Of a DNA stretch of 64,000 bases, positions 30,205 through 39,139 are shown piece by piece. The DNA comes from a bacterium (GTDB lineage: Bacteria > Armatimonadota > Zipacnadia > Zipacnadales > Zipacnadaceae). Every line of letters begins with the position of its first letter. Positions within the stretch are counted from its first letter, which is position 1. Where the stretch lies: positions 202,474-266,473 of the forward strand of contig JAUVXR010000001.1 in NCBI GenBank assembly GCA_030603495.1. The letters run 5' to 3'. A program made the position numbers and the translations under genes. Under the pieces are notes generated by a model. That model saw only the letters and a list, made by a program, of their open reading frames with translations. It did no database searches and was not told where the DNA came from.

Positions 30205-31410
30205 CTAGTTAACCGTCAGGGTGAAGTTGATGTTCTCTAATACTCTTCCGCCGCCGAGAAGTTCGACCTCCCGGCCGATGGTATGGTCGCCATAAGTGAC
30301 TTCAATACGGTAGTCCCCTGGCGGCACGAACAAGTAGTAGTAGCCGTCGGTGTCAGTGGTATCTTGACCGAGCACAACGCCACGGTCAAGTTCCAAAGCC
30401 GTCACCACCGCGCCCGAGTTGTCGGGAGCGCCCAGCAAGGTGACCCGTCCAGTGATGGTGTAGGGGTCACCCGGAGGCTGTGGCGAGAACTCGGTGAGCA
30501 GAATCCGGAGGGGCTCGATTCCAGGCAGCACGTTTATGACCGTGTAGTAGTCATCGTAGCCCTCCGCACTGGCCAGCACCGGCTGCTCACCGACACCAAC
30601 ACCGGACACCGAAAAGCTCCCGTCGAGCTCGCTTACGACCGGGAGCTGGTCACCGATCTGTACGGTAGCCCCTGCCACCACCGCCTCCGTGCGTATCTCG
30701 AGCACCTGTCCGCTGACGGTGATCGTAGATTCCCCGCTGAACAGCGCAAAGTTGAGCCGATCGTTTTCGCCGACCGAGTCGGCCACGACGGTGAGAGCGG
30801 CTGCGTCTTCGAGATAGCCCACAGCCTGACAGGCCACCTCAACCGAACCGGCGGGGATGCCCCCCACAACATAGAAACCGCCCTGATCGGTGAAGCCCTT
30901 GACCAACACCGTATCCGAGGCCGGCACCACCGTCCCTTCAAAGCTGACTAGCGCGTTGATGAGCGGCTGACCGGTATCCACATCGGTGACCGTACCCGCC
31001 ACAGTGCCAGTAGTATCGGGGTCTGCCGGTGTCATCGGCACACTGGCTGTAGTGTAGCTGAACTCATTGAGGGTCAGCGTCTGGGAGGCGGTGACGTACC
31101 CCGGAGCAGTAGCGGTGAGCGGCTGCTGGGGCGGGCTTGCCGAGCCCAGCGGCACACCCTCGAGTATGACCCAGTTGTCCTGCAGATTCGTTTGGCCCCG
31201 CACCCCACCGACTACCACATCCGCCGGCACATCAAGGAATTCCTCGCTGCCCTCGATAAGACACTCGACGATGACCGTTGTGGTTACCTGCTCACCGGTC
31301 CCCTCGGTGCTCACCCCCCCGCAGCCAGCCAGGTGCGCAACTGCCGCAAGGCAGCCAACAAGCCCCAATATTGCGAGCAGATTCGACTTGACAAAACCTC
31401 TCTTGACCAT
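30205..31410 (-). CDS. Lipoprotein with tandem carboxypeptidase-regulatory-like (Cna-B type) beta-sandwich domains
   Basis: Lipobox LAGC; repeats GTVTDVDTGQPLINALV, TDQGGFYVV, TDTDGYYYLFVPPGDY. Confidence 0.8.
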   Translation of the reverse strand: MVKRGFVKSNLLAILGLVGCLAAVAHLAGCGGVSTEGTGEQVTTTVIVECLIEGSEEFLDVPADVVVGGVRGQTNLQDNWVILEGVPLGSASPPQQPLTATAPGYVTASQTLTLNEFSYTTASVPMTPADPDTTGTVAGTVTDVDTGQPLINALVSFEGTVVPASDTVLVKGFTDQGGFYVVGGIPAGSVEVACQAVGYLEDAAALTVVADSVGENDRLNFALFSGESTITVSGQVLEIRTEAVVAGATVQIGDQLPVVSELDGSFSVSGVGVGEQPVLASAEGYDDYYTVINVLPGIEPLRILLTEFSPQPPGDPYTITGRVTLLGAPDNSGAVVTALELDRGVVLGQDTTDTDGYYYLFVPPGDYRIEVTYGDHTIGREVELLGGGRVLENINFTLTVN

Positions 31411-31443
31411 AAAGCCCTTACCGAAACGAGCAGGTGATCTGTT

Positions 31444-33672
31444 CTACATCGGTGGAAAGACAAGCCGCGCGCCCTCTGCGGTGAGGCACCGTACCCAATA
31501 ACCGGCGAAGGGCTGAAGCGTCTGAGCCAGCACGTATCCGCTCTGCTGGCTGTACCCGTACACCCCCGCCTGCATCCAGCCCCGCGTTACTGCTTCGCTG
31601 AAACTGACCGCCCCGGCGGTGCCGACCTCCACTTGCAGGTCGGCCAACGCTACCGGCTCGAGCCGGGGGCTGCCGATCATATTCCAGCCCAGGTCCACCG
31701 CCACCCCACAGCTTCTGTCCTCCTCGGGTATTACGCCTTGCAGGGCAACGGTGACGTCATCGAGCAGGCGTATCCAGAAGCCGCGACCGGGCGCAAACGG
31801 CGCGATATCCGGCCAGATCTCGTAGCGGCCACGGGGCGGCCGGCTCGGGTCCCAGCGGGCAAGCAGTAGATCGCTACTCGGTATTCCCAAGATCTGAGCG
31901 GCGTCAGCTTCCTCGTAGGTCATCGGCAGCGTAGTCATTAGCAGCCCGCTGGCGCCGGCGTAGAAGGTATGACCGACGGCAGACTGCCCGCCGCCCTCCA
32001 GGAAAATCACATACGAATCCCAGCCGACATTCACCCAGCGAGTAAAGCTATCCCCCTGCGGGTTGGTCGTAGTCACCTCAAGCTGGGCCGGCGTAAGGCG
32101 TGCGCCACTTATGCACGCGCCGAACACGGCGCGCTCCGCCGAGATACCAGACTGGGCGAAGCCGCCGGTTACGTCAATGGTTGCCTCCGGGCCGCCGCGG
32201 AGGCCGCCGTACAGGTCATTCTCGCCGGGATCATACCCGCGTACGGCGTACGGAAAGGGATACTCCCGGCGCAGGCCGTTGAGGTCAATCTGAACGGTTA
32301 TCTGCTGAGGGCCACCCACGTTGTAGAAGGTGGGGATCAGGTAGCCCTCTCCGGCGCTAGGGCCGCTGCTGGCCACATCAATAACGTAGCCCTCCTCGGC
32401 GTACAAGCTCAGCGTACGGCTGTAGTTCCAGTAGATGCAGCGGCCCTGGCCGCCACGCGGCGACTCGTCCCCGCTACTGTCGGTGCTGTAGTGCTCCGCA
32501 ATAAGCGCCACTGACTGCACCAGCGGGATATTCCAGGTGTAAAGCTTGCTGCCCGTGCGGATGCTGGTATCCAGCACGTACTGGCGTTCGTACCAGTCGT
32601 AGAAGTTCATACCTTCGACCGTGCCGATGGCCGAGGTCGCAATATCCTTAAGACCAGGAATATCCCCCGGTAAGCCCTCATAGAAGCTCTGATAGTAGAT
32701 CTGGTTGAAGTTGGCGAAGAACTGGGGGTCCTCGATATAGCACTTATACCAGGCGGCGCGGGCCATGGCCACGCGCCAGACCAGCATGCCGGCAAAGCCC
32801 GAGGCGGGGTAGAAGGTGCTGTTGCCTAGCTCAGGCTGGTTCTCCGCCTCGTAGACCGACAGACAGTAGAACGGGCCCGGAACAACCGGATCGTAGCCCG
32901 GGGCCACCCCGGGACTGATCTGGACTGCCGTGGCCGCCGCCCCGATGAAGCCTTGCTCCCAGGCATCGTAGAAGAAGGCCACATCGTCGTGGAAAGCGTT
33001 GAGCACCAACATCATCAGGACGAAGGTGTCCTCGACGTAATTGCCGGACAGCGGCGCGAGATGGATCTCGTTGGCAGTCGCGTCGTATATCCCGCCCTGG
33101 ATCTCCGCCAGGGAGTCGTCGCGAATCACCGTCACCGTGATGTCAAACGCCGGCGGCCCGTAGATCATCCGCGCCTTGGGCATTGCGCCGTCCAGGTACC
33201 CCTGCAGCGCCGCCTCCTCGGTCTCGGTGAAGCCCTGGAATTGAAAGGTAATATCGTTGGCCGGATCGCCCAGACCGGTGCCGCCTTGCATGGCCCGAAC
33301 CAGGTCAGGTAGCTGCACCTGGCCCTCGCGGATGTGGTAAGCCGTGCGCGGGAAGCGCAGCCGCGCCGCCGGGCTCTTCAGCCCCAAGCCCTGCAATAGC
33401 TGCATAGTGCGCTCCGCACGCTGCAATGAAGCCGGGCTGTGCTGCGCAGCAGCCACCTGGCTGACTACCGCCTGGACAGATGCCAAGCCCGGCGGAGGCG
33501 CCGGCACCAGAATCGCCCCGACCGGTCCGTCCGCCCGGGTCGCAAAGGGCGTGTTATCAGTATTCCCGAACTGCGTGCCAGCAGCCGGGTTGGCGGTCAC
33601 GGCACAGGCCATCACCGCAAGTCCCAGCATAGCCAAACGAAATCTGTTGTTATTCATTTGCCAGATCACCAC
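31444..33672 (-). CDS. Large secreted hypothetical protein (zincin-like middle region; C-terminal GWN domain)
   Basis: 742-aa ORF with a signal peptide; start overlaps the upstream stop; LNAFH...WEQG; C-terminal PGRGFW...GWNMIGSP...PFAGYWV. Confidence 0.75.
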   Translation of the reverse strand: MVIWQMNNNRFRLAMLGLAVMACAVTANPAAGTQFGNTDNTPFATRADGPVGAILVPAPPPGLASVQAVVSQVAAAQHSPASLQRAERTMQLLQGLGLKSPAARLRFPRTAYHIREGQVQLPDLVRAMQGGTGLGDPANDITFQFQGFTETEEAALQGYLDGAMPKARMIYGPPAFDITVTVIRDDSLAEIQGGIYDATANEIHLAPLSGNYVEDTFVLMMLVLNAFHDDVAFFYDAWEQGFIGAAATAVQISPGVAPGYDPVVPGPFYCLSVYEAENQPELGNSTFYPASGFAGMLVWRVAMARAAWYKCYIEDPQFFANFNQIYYQSFYEGLPGDIPGLKDIATSAIGTVEGMNFYDWYERQYVLDTSIRTGSKLYTWNIPLVQSVALIAEHYSTDSSGDESPRGGQGRCIYWNYSRTLSLYAEEGYVIDVASSGPSAGEGYLIPTFYNVGGPQQITVQIDLNGLRREYPFPYAVRGYDPGENDLYGGLRGGPEATIDVTGGFAQSGISAERAVFGACISGARLTPAQLEVTTTNPQGDSFTRWVNVGWDSYVIFLEGGGQSAVGHTFYAGASGLLMTTLPMTYEEADAAQILGIPSSDLLLARWDPSRPPRGRYEIWPDIAPFAPGRGFWIRLLDDVTVALQGVIPEEDRSCGVAVDLGWNMIGSPRLEPVALADLQVEVGTAGAVSFSEAVTRGWMQAGVYGYSQQSGYVLAQTLQPFAGYWVRCLTAEGARLVFPPM

Positions 33673-36668
33673 TGCGGGAAGCCACTGGAGTAGTCCTGGT
33701 GGGAGCTGCCCTGCCGACCCCGCTCCGAGCCGCCGTAGCTCGACCAGTCCTGGCCGAAGCCAGCCTGGTAGCCGCCGAAGGTGCCGCGCCGCTGTCCGGT
33801 ATCCATCGTCGCGCTGGGCCCCCTGAACCCAGCTCTACCCATGCCGCTGGCGAAGCTGCTCTCCAGCCCCAGCATGAAGGTATGAGCGTTGTAGTCTTGA
33901 CTTTGGGCGACAACTCCGGTGTATCCGATAAAAGGCGAACTGGGCTCGCCGGCCCGATGCCCAATGAAACGGTAGCTAAAGGTTAAGTCGCTCTGCCCCA
34001 TATCATAGGTCACACCCAAATCGGCGGTCTGCTTGCGGAACGCCGCGTAGCCGCTATCAAAATCGGAAAACCCCGCCCGTCCGGTCAGAGTTGCCTTATC
34101 ACCGAGCCGGTAGTGGAGTTGCCCGGACAAGTCAGTCAAGTCAGTAGCAGTCTGATAATATCGCTCGTGACCGCCGATCAAGACATAAGAGGGGCTGTTA
34201 CCCGACATCCGGTTTACCGACAGATCAAGGCCCCAAGGTCTGTCCTTGGGTTGATAGTCCACACCGAAGATGACAGACTGGCTGGTCACTGCCCCTCGCC
34301 CTTCTTCGAAGAACCGAAGAACGTCATCGCTGAAGTTGGTGGTCAACCTTATTTCGTCGGTGGCGCGCCACGTCATCGCCATGTTCTGGTACTTCTGGTC
34401 GCTGTCAGCTAGATAGCCACTGCCGCCACCGCTAAGATAGTTGCGCTGCCCGATGCTCAGCATCAGGGACAGTCTCCTGGTGGGCTGGTAGGTCGCGCTG
34501 AGGTTGGTAGTGGTATCTTCGTAGTGCGGGACCTCGTCGTCCTCGTCATCCTGCGCCGGCCACATCCTGCCAGCAGTCGGACCAAGCTCACCGTCCACTG
34601 CCCCGGCAATCGGCCCGGGGAAGCCGCCACCCCCGCCGTAGCCACTGCCCGGAAAGTCCCCGTAGAAGCCGCTGGTGACCCGGCCGTGCGACTTCGAGGC
34701 GCTGCGGTCCACGGTGAAGCTCAACTTCTGCGACGGTGACCAGCTACCACGTAGACGGACGTAGTCCGACTCGGAGCGATTGTCCTCACCACCCACGGCC
34801 GCAGACCGGTTGCTGCCCACCTGAGCATGCAGATTGAGTGAAGATGAAGGATCGTACCGCAGCACAAGCCTCTGTTCACGGGTCGCGCTGCCGAGCACCG
34901 CGTCCGTTTCTGCGGTACCTTGATTGCGCTGCTCGGTGTCTGACAGCGAGAGGTCCGCCCGCAGTTTGCTGCCAAAGCCGTGAGACAGGTCTAGGGAGGT
35001 CCGCACGTAGTTGCTGTTGCTTTGCGTACCGCCGGCGTTGGACATCGTCTCGCGGCTCAGTGTCGCCGTCGGCCAACTGGGGAAGCGCAGCTCGACCGCC
35101 ACGTCCGTACGCTTGGTCCCGACATCTCGCACCGGTGTAGTCTGCAACGGCCGCACACCTTCGGCCTGAAGCGGATAGTAGCCGGTGTTGAACCCGGTGC
35201 CACCACTGTACCCACTGTAGCCAAACGAGTATCCCTGAGTGCTATCCATATCCTCCAGATGGCTGCGTATGCTGACATACCGGCCCGGCCGCCAGCCCAA
35301 ATTGAGTTTGAGCCCCTTATCATTGCGGCGAAAACCGGTGGAGTCTATGTAGGTGAACTGCGGTGCGACGTCCCGATAAGTGGCCAACAGGTCATACGTA
35401 GGCTGCTGGTAGCTGACAATTGTCTGGAGAGCGCGGCCGGAGTTGCCCTGACTGTCGCTCTGGGCAAAAGCGGTCCGCAACCATAGGTTCTTACTTGCTT
35501 CGTAGCTGAGATCCAGACCGCTCACCTGCGCATCACCCGAAAGAGCGGTCTCGCCTAGTTCGTAGTAGTACTGAATGTGCACCAGGGAGGTCGGCGGGAC
35601 CGCCAATCGGAAGATAACCCGGCCGATCTGCCGGTAAGCGTCGTAGTCTACACCCTCCAGCATCTGCACGTTGTCCACAAAGACTTCCAGCGCCTCAGTG
35701 ATTGTCTGCGCCTGGCCCTGGTAGATGACCTCGGCGCCGTCAGCAATGATGGGCCGGAAATTGGTGTCGAACGGCCCCGTGCTGCCCGAACCGTAGTAGA
35801 CATCTTCCTGGTAGGCGACCGTGTCGCCCTGGCCCGCCTCGGGACGGTCCTGCTCCAGCCACGTGACCCCAACCACCAGCTTGCCAGCTTTCAGGGGCAT
35901 CTGAACGCGTGCGCCGGTGAGGATGCCGGCATTGCCGAAATACCCCGACGACTGGTAGCTCACAGAAATGGTCGAGGTGCTGGGGATGACCTTGCCCGGG
36001 CCCTCTACCGGCACGAACCACAACTCGCCGGTCTGGTAGTTGAGGCTGTAGTCCACACCCCGCTCCTGGACCTGCTCATCCACCTTGACTGCTTCGCTGC
36101 CGTCAATGATGGGCGTGTAGCTGAGAAAATACGGCCCGGGGGTATCGTTGCCGGACAAAGTTTCGTTGCGCGTGTAGCCCTTCGTCTCCGAAGTAAAGGC
36201 ACGGAGCAGGCCGTCACCGGGCAGTTTCTGGTCAAGCTGCCAGCCCTTCAGGCTCTTGGCGAAGCTGGCAAATTCGTTGTTGCGCATGCTGATGTTGAGA
36301 TCGCCGAAGTACAGCGCAGTATCGTGGCCCACATAGCCCACCAGCCAACGGGAGTAGCTGGCGCCGTAGCCCGAGAACGAAAGATCGCTCTGGAAGCCGA
36401 GCTCCTTCCAGATCGGCCCTTCGACTCTCAGACTGGTCTGCCGCTGCAGTGTCCCGGTGTCCCAGCGCTGACTCTCAAAGACTGCGGCAGCCCCTTCGAT
36501 ACCGTGCTCTTGCAGGGTCAGCGTGTTGTGACCCGATATCTGGACGCCCTGGAACAGCCCCCACCTGTCGGAGAGGCGATCAAGGCTCTCTAGTGGATTG
36601 CCGCAGGCCTGACCTGCTGCTGCCAACAGTCCAACAGCCGCCAGCAGCACAGACAGCCGCCGTATCAT
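33666..36668 (-). CDS. Large outer-membrane beta-barrel protein with two SprA-like inserted domains
   Basis: Signal peptide; long runs of alternating beta-strand pattern; two copies of G..GP(Y/F)....PII.G.E.V.VD....GVDY......G; last strand FMLGLESSF followed by a G/S/Y-rich tail. Confidence 0.7.
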   Translation of the reverse strand: MIRRLSVLLAAVGLLAAAGQACGNPLESLDRLSDRWGLFQGVQISGHNTLTLQEHGIEGAAAVFESQRWDTGTLQRQTSLRVEGPIWKELGFQSDLSFSGYGASYSRWLVGYVGHDTALYFGDLNISMRNNEFASFAKSLKGWQLDQKLPGDGLLRAFTSETKGYTRNETLSGNDTPGPYFLSYTPIIDGSEAVKVDEQVQERGVDYSLNYQTGELWFVPVEGPGKVIPSTSTISVSYQSSGYFGNAGILTGARVQMPLKAGKLVVGVTWLEQDRPEAGQGDTVAYQEDVYYGSGSTGPFDTNFRPIIADGAEVIYQGQAQTITEALEVFVDNVQMLEGVDYDAYRQIGRVIFRLAVPPTSLVHIQYYYELGETALSGDAQVSGLDLSYEASKNLWLRTAFAQSDSQGNSGRALQTIVSYQQPTYDLLATYRDVAPQFTYIDSTGFRRNDKGLKLNLGWRPGRYVSIRSHLEDMDSTQGYSFGYSGYSGGTGFNTGYYPLQAEGVRPLQTTPVRDVGTKRTDVAVELRFPSWPTATLSRETMSNAGGTQSNSNYVRTSLDLSHGFGSKLRADLSLSDTEQRNQGTAETDAVLGSATREQRLVLRYDPSSSLNLHAQVGSNRSAAVGGEDNRSESDYVRLRGSWSPSQKLSFTVDRSASKSHGRVTSGFYGDFPGSGYGGGGGFPGPIAGAVDGELGPTAGRMWPAQDDEDDEVPHYEDTTTNLSATYQPTRRLSLMLSIGQRNYLSGGGSGYLADSDQKYQNMAMTWRATDEIRLTTNFSDDVLRFFEEGRGAVTSQSVIFGVDYQPKDRPWGLDLSVNRMSGNSPSYVLIGGHERYYQTATDLTDLSGQLHYRLGDKATLTGRAGFSDFDSGYAAFRKQTADLGVTYDMGQSDLTFSYRFIGHRAGEPSSPFIGYTGVVAQSQDYNAHTFMLGLESSFASGMGRAGFRGPSATMDTGQRRGTFGGYQAGFGQDWSSYGGSERGRQGSSHQDYSSGFPQW

Positions 36669-36830
36669 ACCGTGCGCCGTCGTTGCTTCACTTCCTCAAA
36701 TCAGCTTGGAATCACAGGTCTAGGTTTGACGCCGTTACCAGGTGATTTGTTCCCGCGCAGAGGTTCTGCGCGCCAGATACCACACTGCACGCGCCACTAT
36801 TGAGCAACCAGTAAGCGCCTCTCAGCCATC

Positions 36831-36859
36831 TTGACAGCCCCGAAGGGTTGCGGTAGTAT
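36831..36859 (+). promoter_or_regulatory. sigma70 promoter of tRNA-Leu
   Basis: TTGACA-N17-TAGTAT, ending 16 nt before the mature tRNA. Confidence 0.8.
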
Positions 36860-36875
36860 GAAGCTGAACTAGGGT

Positions 36876-36962
36876 GCCGAAGTGGTGGAATTGGTAGACA
36901 CGCTGTCCTCAGGAGGCAGTGGGCTTCGGCCTGTGCCGGTTCGAATCCGGCCTTCGGCACCA
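36876..36962 (+). tRNA. tRNA-Leu (anticodon CAG)
   Basis: Acceptor stem GCCGAAG/CTTCGGC, D-arm GGTAGAC, anticodon arm CTGTC-CTCAGGA-GGCAG, long variable arm, T-loop GGTTCGAATCC, encoded CCA. Confidence 0.97.
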
Positions 36963-37008
36963 CCGGCCAACAGCCCCGCGGCAGCATCTCTGCCGCCATT
37001 ATTGCTCT

Positions 37009-37998
37009 CTACTTTTCCGGGCCGATGGTCACCACGGTGATCAGATCGGGGTTAGACTGGCCGAGGAAGTACTCTGCGCAGGCGGCCTGGAGGTAGTTAC
37101 GGGCTGCCTCAGGCTCCGCTGGCTCAAGGCCTACTTCTCGACGCTTTGCGGTCAATATGTCCAGTCCTACCGTATCCAGAGCCACCGGGTCTGAGGACAG
37201 AAGCAAGCCGGCATATTCCCAGCGGGGGCTGGGATTGGCAGCAGTGGGCGCCGCGTAGTACGGATGAAGAGCAAGCAGAAAGTGGAAGATGACCTTCTGC
37301 CGGACCAACGGCTGCGCGGCGACTGAGGCCAGTTGCCGCGGTTCCGAGACGACCTGTTTGACATCCGCCGGTGGCACACAGGACAGATGATTGTGGATCG
37401 CACCGGTCATACCCAACTGCGCATGAGGGTGCAGATAGGCTAGGTTGATGACCTTGTCGCACATATCAGCGAGGATCCGGGTCAGGCTGTGGCGATAGCC
37501 CACCGACGCCGCCCCGTAGCACTTCACTCCTGGGCGGTCGTGACGCAGCGAGAAGCCGGCAGCAAACAAATCCCGTTCATCTCCCGAGAATATCAGGATA
37601 TTGTCAGTCCTGACACCCACCAGGACCAATTGCTCGATAATCGCCTCGACCACAATGATTGGGATAGGCGGCTCCTGGACATCAATCATCAGACCAACGC
37701 GGTCGTTGGGGCTAAAGTACTGCCGCCAGAAGTCCTCGGGCTCCTGCTCACCGGACCACGCCGTAACCGCACGGCTAAGCAACGTAGTGACCACCTCGTA
37801 GTCTATTTTGCCCTCGGGGTAGATAAACTTGGGGGTCAGCGGTGAATCGGGCAGGTAAACGTGATCGCCCCGGGCCAGGCCCACTGTCGCCGGACCAGGT
37901 ATCCGGCCCGGATCGGTCCAGCCAACGCCGAGACTCGCCACCAGCAGGGCCACCCCCACCAGCGCCCAAGCCAGCAGGCCGCGAGCAACTCTGTCCAT
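37009..37998 (-). CDS. DUF362-like exported/membrane-anchored protein
   Basis: N-terminal hydrophobic anchor; FSPNDRVGL, VINLAYLHPHAQLGMTGAIHN (divergent DUF362 INxPxLKxH motif), SSDPVALDTVG. Start uncertain (37998 or 38031). Confidence 0.65.
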   Translation of the reverse strand: MDRVARGLLAWALVGVALLVASLGVGWTDPGRIPGPATVGLARGDHVYLPDSPLTPKFIYPEGKIDYEVVTTLLSRAVTAWSGEQEPEDFWRQYFSPNDRVGLMIDVQEPPIPIIVVEAIIEQLVLVGVRTDNILIFSGDERDLFAAGFSLRHDRPGVKCYGAASVGYRHSLTRILADMCDKVINLAYLHPHAQLGMTGAIHNHLSCVPPADVKQVVSEPRQLASVAAQPLVRQKVIFHFLLALHPYYAAPTAANPSPRWEYAGLLLSSDPVALDTVGLDILTAKRREVGLEPAEPEAARNYLQAACAEYFLGQSNPDLITVVTIGPEK

Positions 37999-38118
37999 TA
38001 GCGATGCTGTCTCGTGTTTACCTATGGACATAATCACACAGATATGGACACCCCCGCAGCCCCATAGTTTCAGCCCGCCCCGCCAACCTCTGGCGCACCG
38101 GCCATGAACCTGCAGTCC

Positions 38119-38152
38119 CAAAGTAAAGCCCCCCGCCATCCCGGCAGGGGAC
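38119..38152 (-). terminator. Rho-independent terminator after the PorV/FadL-like gene
   Basis: Minus strand GTCCCCTGCC-GGGAT-GGCGGGGGGC followed by TTTACTTTG. Confidence 0.6.
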
Positions 38153-38231
38153 TTTATCGTTTGGCGAGCACTCGGCCAGTCACAGCCGAGCAGTCGCTGG
38201 CTGATGTCGTTCTGTCCTCGCTGCCCGCTGG

Positions 38232-39077
38232 CTACTTGAAGGAGCGGGAGAATGTAGCGACGATCTCGTCGTCCACAGCAGGCTGCTCAGATTCTGCCCA
38301 GGCCAAGTCCAGTTTCCACGTACCACCGTCATACCCAAGGCCAGCGGTAAGTTCATCGCCGCCAATGAGGCCGGCACGCACCGCCCACTCATTGGGCGCA
38401 ACATACTCCACGCCGAGATTATACGTACTGTCAATCTCGTCGCTCACGTCCCACCAGTCGGCTACCAGCAGCACATCCTCACGCAGACACCGGGCCAGCG
38501 GCACCGCTATGCCCAGGTTGAAGAACGGGCCATTGTTGGTCTCGTCGGTTAAGTCCTGCAGGTGAAGCCCGAGCCTGACCGGTTCATAGCTTGCGTCCTC
38601 TTGAGGAACCTCGTACAGCAGTCCGGCGTGCAAGAGAGTGTCGCTGCCACCGCCACTGCCGAGGTTCTGCACACCGAGGCCCCAGCTCCAGTTTGCGCCC
38701 TGCTGCACACCGAATCCAACCGACCATTCATCAGCTCCCATGGTGTCCGCCCAGTAGGCACCAAGACCATAGCCATTCTGGCTGTTGCCACCCGCCAAAT
38801 GTAACGCCTTGTAGTCCAGATCGCCGCTGACTTCCAGAGAGCCAGCCACCTGCCAATCCCACGGGTGAGCCCAAGGATCGTACTGTGGGTGCGCGGCAGC
38901 CGGGAGCGCAATATCCAGAGAGGCCAGGTTGGCCGGATTAAACTGCAGCGCTCCGGCATCGTCTGCCACGGCAATCCCGGTCATGCCCATGCCCAGGTAA
39001 CGGGCCGTCTGGGCGAAGGCGACCGTGCTAGCCAGCAACAGCGCTACTGCGGCTACTACCAACGATATCGGTTTCAT
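38232..39077 (-). CDS. FadL/PorV/UPF0164-like outer-membrane beta-barrel
   Basis: Signal peptide; N-terminal hatch motif ARYLGMG...ADDAGALQFNPANLA; amphipathic strands; C-terminal strand ending in F-K. Confidence 0.75.
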   Translation of the reverse strand: MKPISLVVAAVALLLASTVAFAQTARYLGMGMTGIAVADDAGALQFNPANLASLDIALPAAAHPQYDPWAHPWDWQVAGSLEVSGDLDYKALHLAGGNSQNGYGLGAYWADTMGADEWSVGFGVQQGANWSWGLGVQNLGSGGGSDTLLHAGLLYEVPQEDASYEPVRLGLHLQDLTDETNNGPFFNLGIAVPLARCLREDVLLVADWWDVSDEIDSTYNLGVEYVAPNEWAVRAGLIGGDELTAGLGYDGGTWKLDLAWAESEQPAVDDEIVATFSRSFK

Positions 39078-39139
39078 CTGTTTCTTCCCCCCATGCAGCG
39101 AATTGTGCGGCACAATGGACTCCGACCTGTGGCGACGAC

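Noticed and set aside
35577-36593. Long antisense ORFs (also 6721-7551, 17634-18491, 24976-25893, 45372-46469, 47798-48766, 48981-50420)
   Set aside because: Shadow frames opposite well-supported genes, expected in GC-rich DNA; no recognisable motifs.
36876-37010. tRNA-Leu as a genomic island attachment site
   Set aside because: No integrase nearby and no duplicated tRNA 3' end seen in the window.
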